From: Sedimentisphaerales bacterium | GTDB taxonomy: Bacteria > Planctomycetota > Phycisphaerae > Sedimentisphaerales > SM23-30 | NCBI GenBank assembly: GCA_963666285.1 | Contig: OY762711.1 | Length of the DNA stretch: 64,000 nt | Strand: one strand, 5' to 3' | In this document: positions 40,076 to 48,271 of the stretch, in pieces | How the letters are laid out: each line of letters starts with the position of its first letter | How positions within the stretch are numbered: position 1 is the first letter of the stretch | Program-made: the position numbers and the translations under genes | The notes under the pieces: model-generated | Told to the model about the DNA's origin: nothing | Database searches by the model: none | What the model saw: only the letters and a program-made list of their open reading frames with translations

Positions 40076-40960
40076 ATGAAACGAACAAGTTATAAAGATG
40101 ATGATATGCAATTTGAGATATTGAGCTATTCAGATAAAAAAGTTGTGTGGGTAGATTCAGATAGAATTCAAGAGTGTATGGATTATTGTATAAAAAAGTC
40201 ACTTGATGGTGTGGCAATTTCTCCTCATAAAAATTATAAAAAAAATGATATAGATTTTTTAGCTAATTATCAAGAAGATATTTCTTGTGTTATTATTCCT
40301 TCAGGGAGTGATATTGATATTTCCGTATTAACAAAAATGGATAAATTGCATTGTGTTTCTTTTTCGGGCAATAAACAAGAATTAGATTTTTCAAATAGCA
40401 AATTAGAGCAAATATATATAGAATGGCATAACAAGGTTAAGTTGCCTGAATCCTCTTATTTATTAAAGAAGCTCTATTTGATGAACTATAAGCCGAAAAT
40501 TAAAAACCTGTCATTACTTGGTGAATACCCCTCTTTGGTAGAATTAAGTCTTCGGCAAGCAATAATCAATTCTCTTGAAGGATTAAACAAACTTAAATCG
40601 CTGAATTGGTTACAGGTTGCGCATGTTCGAAATATTGAAACCCTTGAAGGACTTGAATCTAGTTCTCTTAAATGTTTAGAAATTGATACTTGTAAAAAAA
40701 ATACAGATTTTGAAAAAATAGCAAGATTACGTAATCTTGAAAAACTAATATTGTCAAATTGTGGGAAAATTCCAACCTTAAAATTCATTTCAAAAATGAA
40801 GAACCTGAAATTTCTTTCTTTTGAAAATAGTGAAATTGTTGATGGAGAACTTAGCTATTGCCTTGGACTGGATTATGTTGGTTTTAACAATAAAAGACAT
40901 TATACACATACTTTCGAACAGTTTGAAAAAAATAAAACTAATATTAATTTTTTTGACTGA
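40076..40960 (+). CDS. Leucine-rich repeat protein (orphan immunity-like)
   Basis: LxxLxL repeats (LKKLYLMN, LVELSLRQ, LEKLILSNC, LKFLSFEN). Confidence 0.8.
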   Translation: MKRTSYKDDDMQFEILSYSDKKVVWVDSDRIQECMDYCIKKSLDGVAISPHKNYKKNDIDFLANYQEDISCVIIPSGSDIDISVLTKMDKLHCVSFSGNKQELDFSNSKLEQIYIEWHNKVKLPESSYLLKKLYLMNYKPKIKNLSLLGEYPSLVELSLRQAIINSLEGLNKLKSLNWLQVAHVRNIETLEGLESSSLKCLEIDTCKKNTDFEKIARLRNLEKLILSNCGKIPTLKFISKMKNLKFLSFENSEIVDGELSYCLGLDYVGFNNKRHYTHTFEQFEKNKTNINFFD

Positions 40961-41447
40961 ATGTATTGATAATGTTTTTTCTGTTTTGCTTTTAAGTCAT
41001 TAAGGAATGATAATATTAGTTGGAATAGAATGAATTATTACTTTGTAATTGTCCTTCAATTTTAAATATACATAGTGATTTGGGGAATGGGGCAGCTATG
41101 GCTCACGCTGCGATAAGCAAGAAAGGATGCGAGTAATATGAATACTATGAATGGTTGGATTAAGCAGATGTACTGGTTCAGCGTGAACTGGACAAATCCG
41201 TTTCCAATTTAATAGACTTTACGTCTTGATTTTAACAACATGTTTTGCCTTCGGCAAGGCTTTATTTTACAGGTTTTTTAAGGCATTACAAAGCTCTGAA
41301 TGATCTTTGAAAATGGTGGCAGCGTGCAACCACCACCATAACGACAATTCGTCGCTCAGTTCCGGCTATCCCTGGCAGGTTGCACCTCTGCAGAGCCTGC
41401 TTCCGTTTCGCCGGACAAATGCATTATCAATTACATCATTCAAACTG

Positions 41448-42311
41448 TCAAGCTGATTTCCGTTTCTGTTTTCGGGCTGCTCTGGCTGCTTCCAGCTTCC
41501 TGTCACGTTCGGCATGGATCGCCTCGGCTCTACCCTCAAGCTTATCAATCGGAGTAATATAACCTATCGCACTATGCAACCGTTTATTATTATAATGGTC
41601 AACAAAGTCTGTTACCAGACGCCGACCATCTTCCAGAGATAACGGCGTTTTTGGTCTAATACAGGTACTTTTGATAGTTTTATGATACCTTTCCAACTTA
41701 CCATTACTCTGTGGATAATACGGCGAGGTTCTTACATGTGTCATGCCGCTGAGCCTGATATATTCCTTGAAGTCTTTCGATATAAACTGCGGTCCATTGT
41801 CAGAGATAATCCTAGGGTTTTCATCCGGGAACTTCTCCCTGGCTTTCTGCAAAATTATCTCTACATCGTATTCTTTCATTGCTTCACGGATCTCCCAGTG
41901 AACAATATAACGGCTGTAGCCGTCCAGAATACTGCACATGTAGTAAAACGTGCCGCAAATATTGAGGTAAGATATGTCTATATGCCAATGGTCATGAGCC
42001 TGTATCGGCTGAACAAAACCGGTGCCTTTCTTGCTGGCTTTACGGTTCCACCTGTCCATATACCCGGCATCTTTCAATACCCGATATACGCTGGAAGGAC
42101 TTACTGCTACAATATCGGCATCCATCATCATATAACACAATCTGCGATAACCTTCTTTCGAATATCGGCGGAAATAATCTATTATCGTCTGTCTCTCGGC
42201 TTCGGTCAGCCAGAAATCTCTCGGTATCAGACCATTATGCTCGTTTTCCATGCCGTATCGCTTCTTCCAGTTATAATATTTACTGCGGGATATGCCCAGC
42301 CACTTTATCAT
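41448..42311 (-). CDS. IS3 transposase OrfB (DDE), reached by -1 frameshift from OrfA
   Basis: WHIDISY, SDNGPQF, PQSNGKLER, YNNKRLHSAIGY; the -1 frame is open back to the A8 run. Confidence 0.92.
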   Translation of the reverse strand: MIKWLGISRSKYYNWKKRYGMENEHNGLIPRDFWLTEAERQTIIDYFRRYSKEGYRRLCYMMMDADIVAVSPSSVYRVLKDAGYMDRWNRKASKKGTGFVQPIQAHDHWHIDISYLNICGTFYYMCSILDGYSRYIVHWEIREAMKEYDVEIILQKAREKFPDENPRIISDNGPQFISKDFKEYIRLSGMTHVRTSPYYPQSNGKLERYHKTIKSTCIRPKTPLSLEDGRRLVTDFVDHYNNKRLHSAIGYITPIDKLEGRAEAIHAERDRKLEAARAARKQKRKSA

Positions 42312-42400
42312 GACCTTGGCAACAATTTCAGTTCGGTTGGTCCAGTAGCCTACATAGTCAACTACCTGATCACGAACATCAGGTTCAGCCCAGGAACCAT

Positions 42401-42724
42401 TTAGTCCTCGCCAAGACTTTTTTTTAGCTTGATATGTGACTCCATAATCTCGGCAATTACTTCATCCTTTTGAGTTATCTTTGCCTGAAGTTGTGCATTT
42501 TGACGCTCTAATCGTTTATCATAAGGAACTTTTCGGCTCTTGGCCTGTTTTGTAAATGCCGCAGCTCCATTTTCAAAAAACTGCTTCTGCCAATTGTAAA
42601 ATACATTAGGATTTAGACCGATTCGCTCGCATATCTCTGACACCGGAACGTTATCAACCAAATGCTCTTTGAGTAACTTTACCTTCTCTTCTGCTGAATA
42701 ATTCTTACGCTTTGCCATGTACAT
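42401..42724 (-). CDS. IS3 transposase OrfA (HTH)
   Basis: RKNYSAEEK, VSEIC, FYNWQKQF; A8 slippery run (T8 at 42418-42425 on +). Confidence 0.9.
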   Translation of the reverse strand: MYMAKRKNYSAEEKVKLLKEHLVDNVPVSEICERIGLNPNVFYNWQKQFFENGAAAFTKQAKSRKVPYDKRLERQNAQLQAKITQKDEVIAEIMESHIKLKKSLGED

Positions 42725-43214
42725 TTCCTTTCTGCTAGACTATACTAACAATAATTCAGGAAATGTCCAATTCCAACTGAAGCAATACACAGATAGTATA
42801 CACCCTTTTCTTTTTTACATTAATTACGTTAGCTTCCGTTGTATTTAGAAAATACGAGGGAGCATATGATTTGAATAATGAAAAGTGGATTATTAGTATT
42901 TCAGCATGTGTTTTGATAGAAATATTAAATCAATTTTTTTTTAATTCACCTCGCAAGGAAATGAAAAGAATTATTTTTCTCTAATATTTTCATGTGCATT
43001 GGGAATATATGTTTATTTTGTCTTAAAAGATTATAATTCCAATAATGTCGAAGACGTTAATAAAAGTGATTTTCTAGTTGCAGATTGGTTGAGATTTACT
43101 TTTCTTTGGCTGTTTGTAAGTTTTATGCTTGCTTGGTATGGTTTCTTAACAGATATTCGTTTTTTAATGTTGAGTGGTAAATATCAAAAAAAATAGACAA
43201 TTATGATAAGTTGT

Positions 43215-43520
43215 TGTCGTCCTCAAAAACTAATCTGAGGCAAAATTAGCCTGGAATTTATGAATATTTGAAAGAAATATGCTCTTTGAAAAGTTGATAT
43301 TGCTAGTGGAAGCTAGAGAAAATAATGAAAGATTTCAGAATATTGCTCAAATTATACTATATGGGCGTACATTCTCCGTATGGTTGAATTACCATTGAGT
43401 ATATATCAATAATCAAGCAGCTCTGTTGTAAACGTGATGCAGGCCGCCAAGTATTGGCTTTTTGAAGATTTTGCCTTCAGTTTTGATAGGTCTACCTTAT
43501 TGTACTAGGTATGCTACTTT
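43215..43520 (-). mobile_element. Degraded integrase-core (IS481-like) element: transposase 3' end and right end
   Basis: Minus strand 43457-43413 reads PILGGLHHVYNRAA*, a typical transposase C-terminus; terminal TGTCGTCCTCAAAAAC at 43215. Confidence 0.6.
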
Positions 43521-43538
43521 ATAGCATATTGATTTAGT

Positions 43539-43567
43539 TTGCTTTTCTTTTTGGTATAAGTTAAAAT
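43539..43567 (+). promoter_or_regulatory. Candidate sigma70 promoter
   Basis: TTGCTT-N17-TAAAAT. Confidence 0.5.
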
Positions 43568-43611
43568 TTATTGTATTGAAACTGCTATTATTACAAGGCA
43601 ATTAAGCATTT

Positions 43612-44214
43612 ATGACAGAAAATAAGAAGCCAACTTGTTATGTTATTGCAGGGCCAAATGGGGCTGGCAAGACTACTTTTGCAATGAAATATTTACCGGG
43701 CATTGCTGGCTGTAATAATTATATAAATGCTGATTTAATAGCTTATGGAATATCTCCTTTGGATTCTGTTGCTGTTCAATTGGAAGCAGGGCGAATATTC
43801 TTAAATGAAGTATATAAGAATATTGAAAAGCGAGTAGATTTTGCCTTTGAAACTACTCTTGCTGGTCGCAGTTATATAAAACTGTTGAAGAAGTTAAGAG
43901 AAGAAGGATGGAATATTGTTTTATTCTTTCTATGGATTCCTGATGCAGACTTTTCCAAGGATAGGGTCAGGCAGCGTGTGGAAGAAGGAGGGCATGATAT
44001 TCCTGATGAAGCGATATATAGAAGATATCCCAGGATTATGAATAATTTGCTTAATGTTTATATTCCTTTGTGTGATAAAATAACCTGCTATAATAATTCA
44101 AATCCTGAGCCTGTTTTGATTTTTGAGATAAATGAAGTGGGTTCAAATATAATTGATAATAATATTTATAATGAGATTATCAGGTGTTCAAATGATTTCA
44201 AAAGAACCAAGTAG
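43612..44214 (+). CDS. Zeta-toxin-like P-loop kinase/ATPase (COG4185-type)
   Basis: IAGPNGAGKTT, INADLIA, FAFETTL, RVRQRVEEGGHDIP...RRY. Confidence 0.88.
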   Translation: MTENKKPTCYVIAGPNGAGKTTFAMKYLPGIAGCNNYINADLIAYGISPLDSVAVQLEAGRIFLNEVYKNIEKRVDFAFETTLAGRSYIKLLKKLREEGWNIVLFFLWIPDADFSKDRVRQRVEEGGHDIPDEAIYRRYPRIMNNLLNVYIPLCDKITCYNNSNPEPVLIFEINEVGSNIIDNNIYNEIIRCSNDFKRTK

Positions 44215-44371
44215 AATGTCTTTAGAGGGCTTAGATTGTCTAAAGAAGGCTGTATTAGAAGAGCTTAGAAAGAAGGCTCTCCTGGGGCAGTATGCTATTA
44301 TAAGCCGTAATGGCAAGGCATGCCGAGTACCTGCTGAAGAGGCTCTTAGGATTGCTGAGGGTAAGAGCTAG
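44192..44371 (+). CDS. Small protein overlapping the ATPase gene (putative antitoxin/partner)
   Basis: 59 aa, LKKAVLEELRKKALLGQYAIISRNGK; 23-nt overlap with the ATPase gene. Confidence 0.6.
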   Translation: MISKEPSRMSLEGLDCLKKAVLEELRKKALLGQYAIISRNGKACRVPAEEALRIAEGKS

Positions 44372-44494
44372 CCTTGTCTTGACTATTTCTTTTAGATAAC
44401 ACTCTATTTGTGAATGACCTATTGAGAGATATTCAATTTTGTTCTGCTCACTAAAAAAATTAGAATTTCATTCACCTGGAACAATCATTACATC

Positions 44495-44513
44495 CCCTGA
44501 GTTTATCGAAGGG
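44495..44513. repeat. REP-like motif CCCTGAGTTTATCGAAGGG
   Basis: Resembles the widespread CCCTGAGCTTGTCGAAGGG-type intergenic repeat (from recall); single copy here. Confidence 0.4.
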
Positions 44514-44527
44514 CTGCGGCTTTCTTC

Positions 44528-44585
44528 CCTTATGCCTTATCCCTTATCTCTTATGCCTCTCAAACTGACCATCGGTCAGTTTGAG
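44528..44585. repeat. Heptamer tandem (CCTTATS-like x4) + REP-like palindrome, copy 2
   Basis: Perfect CTCAAACTGACC-ATC-GGTCAGTTTGAG at 44559-44585. Confidence 0.88.
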
Positions 44586-44599
44586 TATAATCTGTTATT

Positions 44600-45139
44600 T
44601 CAACAATGTTTCTTGCTGCCAAAAAAAGTCAGGCATATTACCAGCATACCCGCAGATATACCAAGCAGCCAGTTTTTCGTCTGCTCTTTGTTTAATATTA
44701 TCCTGGCATATTTACCCCAGAACGGGAGTTTCTGCTCTTTGGGAAAGTCATCTGCTGCGAGCAAAACGGCATAATTAATATCCTGCCATTGCCGTTCCGG
44801 CTGACTGCCTTGCTCTTCTGCTTCTGAATCTTCTGATGTGATGTAATTCAGTGTTATCCGAGCCGCTCTTTTTACTATGGCTTCGTTATCCAGGTTTGTC
44901 AGCAGTTCTGATTGCTGGTCGCGTATTTCTATTAGTTTGCTGTTTTTGTATTTCTGGATCTCTAGTGCCCGCGCATCTGCATAATGGCGGTCTATTTGGC
45001 CTGCCAGTAATACAATTGCCGCAGCTGCCATTGCTGCTGTCCCGCAGATATAAAATGCCAGATTCTGGATAAAAACTCCCAGATCATGCTTGTATTTCAT
45101 TTTTTCTGATTCATTCATCTGCACTATTGTCATATACAT
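44600..45139 (-). CDS. Membrane protein with TM-coiled-coil segment resembling FtsB/DivIC, plus a second C-terminal TM
   Basis: TM, then heptads ending LDNEAIVKRAARITLNY. Confidence 0.5.
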   Translation of the reverse strand: MYMTIVQMNESEKMKYKHDLGVFIQNLAFYICGTAAMAAAAIVLLAGQIDRHYADARALEIQKYKNSKLIEIRDQQSELLTNLDNEAIVKRAARITLNYITSEDSEAEEQGSQPERQWQDINYAVLLAADDFPKEQKLPFWGKYARIILNKEQTKNWLLGISAGMLVICLTFFGSKKHC

Positions 45140-45283
45140 TTTTTATTTTGTGTCGTTTTTTTATGGTCCTGTTTGTAAAGCTTTATGTCGTAATAAATTA
45201 CAGCTTTAATAAGCAGTTTGAACTATTGTTTTAGCCTTTAAAACAAGGGCCGCCGCTGGCGGGCAAACTCCATTAATATCTTC

Positions 45284-45306
45284 CAAACTGACTATTGGTC
45301 AGTTTG
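45284..45306. repeat. REP-like palindrome, copy 3
   Basis: CAAACTGACTATTGGTCAGTTTG. Confidence 0.85.
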
Positions 45307-45340
45307 AATATTTATCGGCTATAAGTTATTACTACAGTTA

Positions 45341-45396
45341 ACTATTGCAGTTTTTATGTCGCTAAAATCGCCTAAAATAGCCTTCCTGCAACACTT
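45341..45396 (+). repeat. Partial (5' third) copy 3 of the structured non-coding repeat
   Basis: ACTATTGCAGTTTTT...AAATCGCCTAAAA..GCCTTCCTGCAACACTT matches the start of copies 1 and 2. Confidence 0.75.
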
Positions 45397-45532
45397 ATGT
45401 ATCTTCTATGGAGTATTGTAATCGATAAAATGTTTTTTTTGAAATCTTTTTGCTATGGCATCGACTTAAACATTGGCTGGCGAAGGTCGCCGGTTAAACT
45501 TTGGAAAAAAACTGTTTTTAAGGAGATATATT

Positions 45533-46399
45533 ATGTTTAAGAAAATGTTTAAGTCCAGTGTATTATTGTGTTTAGCTGTTTTCCTTGTTGCCGTCCTGTT
45601 GTTCGGCCCTCATGCTATGGACTACGTTCGCGGCACCGTAAATCATATTCAGAGAGGTGTTGCCAATAATGTTCCTATCGATTTTGAGCTGGAACGGGCA
45701 AAAGACATGCTCGAAGAGATTATCCCTGAGATGCGTGCCAATGTTAAACTCATCTCCCAGGAAGAGGTCGAAATTGCCGCACTCAAAACTGAAATTGACA
45801 GCTCTGTCAAACCGCTTGCCATGGAACGCCAGGCCATTGAAAACCTGAACCAGCAGCTTTGTCTCCACAAGGCCAGCTATCAGGTTGGCGGCCATCAGTT
45901 CACCAGGCAGGAACTTACAGATGATCTGGCCAGGAGATTCGAACGCTTCAAGGAATCTGAAATGGTCAGACAGAGTAAGGAAAAAATGCTCAAAATTCGT
46001 GAAAAATCACTTTCTAACGCTATAAAGACCCTCGAAAATACCAAGCAGAACAAACAGCTTCTTGAGAATAAAATCGCTTCTCTGGAAAGTCAGTATCGCC
46101 TGATCCAGGCATCTTCTGTTGGCACAGAATATAGTATCGACAATAGCAAAATATCTCAGACCGAGAAACTTATCGGGCAGATCAAGAAACGCCTCGATGT
46201 TGCCGAACGTGTTCTGGCTAATGAAGGAAAATTCCTGGAATCTAAGACTACTGCCGAATTTACTGTCGAAGATGCTGTTAATGAAGAAGAGCTGATCGGA
46301 CAGATTCGTGACTATTTCAATAGTGATGAACCGGCCGACGAGCAGCTCAATACTAACTCTGCGGTTCAGGAAGCTATTGTGGTTGCCGAGGTTCGGTAA
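45533..46399 (+). CDS. PspA/IM30-like long coiled-coil protein with N-terminal signal/TM
   Basis: Strong AAGGAG RBS; VPIDFELERAKDMLEE followed by extended heptads. Confidence 0.6.
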   Translation: MFKKMFKSSVLLCLAVFLVAVLLFGPHAMDYVRGTVNHIQRGVANNVPIDFELERAKDMLEEIIPEMRANVKLISQEEVEIAALKTEIDSSVKPLAMERQAIENLNQQLCLHKASYQVGGHQFTRQELTDDLARRFERFKESEMVRQSKEKMLKIREKSLSNAIKTLENTKQNKQLLENKIASLESQYRLIQASSVGTEYSIDNSKISQTEKLIGQIKKRLDVAERVLANEGKFLESKTTAEFTVEDAVNEEELIGQIRDYFNSDEPADEQLNTNSAVQEAIVVAEVR

Positions 46400-46606
46400 C
46401 CACAATGCCTCTTTATAGTTGTACCTCTGGTAGTTTTTGTGTAAAATATCGTGTCGCAATGGGTTAGATTTTTTAGTTTTAATTGCTAATATCAATTTAA
46501 GAAATTTAATATTGAGTTTAGAGTATGTTTCAGATTTAAAATAGTTATGAGCCAAAGGCCAATACATTAACTCTACACTCTTCACTTAGTTCTTCACTCT
46601 ATTATT

Positions 46607-48115
46607 ATGTATCTTATTCGGTTAAAACAAGTTAAGCAGGCTTTCGATGCCGGAAACATTGATCAGGCATGCCAAATGCTCACCTCTGATGACTATCTCT
46701 GTCAGCGGAAAGAGGGCAAAGAGCTTCTGAACAAGCTTGCCGATGCATTTATTTTGCGAGGCAATAGCCATCTTGATTCCGGTAGATATCTTCAGGCCCG
46801 CCTCGATTGCGATAATGCCAAAAAGTGCAATATCGATAACACGGGTATTATTGTGTTAGCCGATAGCATTGAGGCTGCCGAAAAAGCTAGCTTGAATCGC
46901 CAGAGACATAACGAGGTTAATCTCATGGAAGCTAGAGATCACCTGCAGAACGGCAGGCTTACTATGGGGATGAAGATTATCGATGATAATGAAAGTATGC
47001 CCGGTGCTTCTCTGCTGCGTAAACAGGCACAGCTGCGTCAGCAGCAGCTTCAGGACATCGCTGATAAACTGAAAATCGCTTTGGATAATAACGATACAGA
47101 CTATGTCCTGCAGCTCATCGCCGACCTTAGCGACCGCGAAATGACCTCTGGTAAAATGACAGCACTTGTCAAATCCGCTCGCGATATGGTTCTGGCCCAG
47201 ATCAAATCTGATTTCGCAGCCGGTCGTCTTGCCAGGCTCGTCGCTTTACTCGAAAAGTCTAGGGTTATTACCGCCGATTCGATTGAGTTTGCCGAATGGC
47301 ACGAACTTTTGAACTGCTATCGACAGGCATCAGAATATATCGAATCCGGCAATTATCGTAAAGCTCTTCAGTTGCTGAACCGGGTAAAGTCTATTGTCTC
47401 TGATGCTGACTGGCTCAATAAACTGTTGGATAGTGTCGAACGTGCCATAGATGCTATTGATGACATCCAGTTAAATACTCCGGTTCTAAAAAACAGTAAT
47501 CTTAGTCAGGCTAAACCGGCCCCTGATAAAGTTCGGGCCGCCAGGCCTGCTCCGGTTAAGGAAGTTGTCAAGCAGACTATGGCTAATAAAATATTGAATA
47601 TTGATGGTGCCGGTTCTTATATGCTTTTTATCAGTGATAAAATTACAATTGGTCCTGTCAGCTCAATCGAAAAGAAAGATATCGCTATTATTGCATCGTC
47701 CAATTCACCCCTTATCGAAATTCATAAAGACGAAGATGACTATTTCGTTCGGGCTGCTTCCGGCGAAATTATCGTAAACGGAAAAAAACATAAAGAAGCT
47801 TTACTGAATAATGGTGACAAAATAGCTGCTTCGGACCGGTCATACGTAAAGTTTAACCGGGCCAATCCGGCTAGTTCTACTGCGATTATCGACTTGGCTG
47901 GTGTTCGCCTTCCGCAGGCTGATATCACTGCGGCGATTATGGCTGATAATGAAATTATAATCGGCTCGTCTCCTTCAGCCCATATCAAATGCAGAAACTG
48001 CAAAAGCGATATAGTATTGAAGGTTAATGCAAATGGCGGGCTCGAAAAAGACGGCCTGGAGCTTATTTCAGGTACTAATGTGGAATATGGTAATGTAAGG
48101 TTGTGTCTGGTATAG
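46607..48115 (+). CDS. Helical/TPR-like N-terminus + C-terminal degenerate FHA-like beta domains
   Basis: LNIDGAGSYMLFISDKITIG...IIVNGK...LLNNGDKI, and a second unit IIIGSSPSAHI. Confidence 0.6.
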   Translation: MYLIRLKQVKQAFDAGNIDQACQMLTSDDYLCQRKEGKELLNKLADAFILRGNSHLDSGRYLQARLDCDNAKKCNIDNTGIIVLADSIEAAEKASLNRQRHNEVNLMEARDHLQNGRLTMGMKIIDDNESMPGASLLRKQAQLRQQQLQDIADKLKIALDNNDTDYVLQLIADLSDREMTSGKMTALVKSARDMVLAQIKSDFAAGRLARLVALLEKSRVITADSIEFAEWHELLNCYRQASEYIESGNYRKALQLLNRVKSIVSDADWLNKLLDSVERAIDAIDDIQLNTPVLKNSNLSQAKPAPDKVRAARPAPVKEVVKQTMANKILNIDGAGSYMLFISDKITIGPVSSIEKKDIAIIASSNSPLIEIHKDEDDYFVRAASGEIIVNGKKHKEALLNNGDKIAASDRSYVKFNRANPASSTAIIDLAGVRLPQADITAAIMADNEIIIGSSPSAHIKCRNCKSDIVLKVNANGGLEKDGLELISGTNVEYGNVRLCLV

Positions 48116-48271
48116 GTGCCAGGTGTAAGGTTATATTTAACAAGGAAACATTATTATGGGTGTAAATGTTACCTTGCCAAGCTTTAAAACCTGGTTGCAT
48201 GACAGCACCTTAACTTATATCTTGTTACGGCAACTGTGCTGACAGTTGCAAAATTGTGAAAGACGAATAAT

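Larger units (their letters stand above)
41169..42789 (-). mobile_element. Complete IS3-family element (1621 bp)
   Basis: 26-bp imperfect TIRs TGTACTGGTTCAGCGTGAACTGGACA / TGTATTGCTTCAGTTGGAATTGGACA; 4-bp TSD CAGA at 41165-41168 and 42790-42793. Confidence 0.95.
41138..43196 (+). pseudogene. Small membrane protein gene interrupted by IS3, probably also frameshifted
   Basis: Removing the IS and one CAGA restores MNTMNGWIKQIVYTLFFFTLITLASVVF... A hydrophobic continuation in another frame ends at 43196. Confidence 0.6.
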
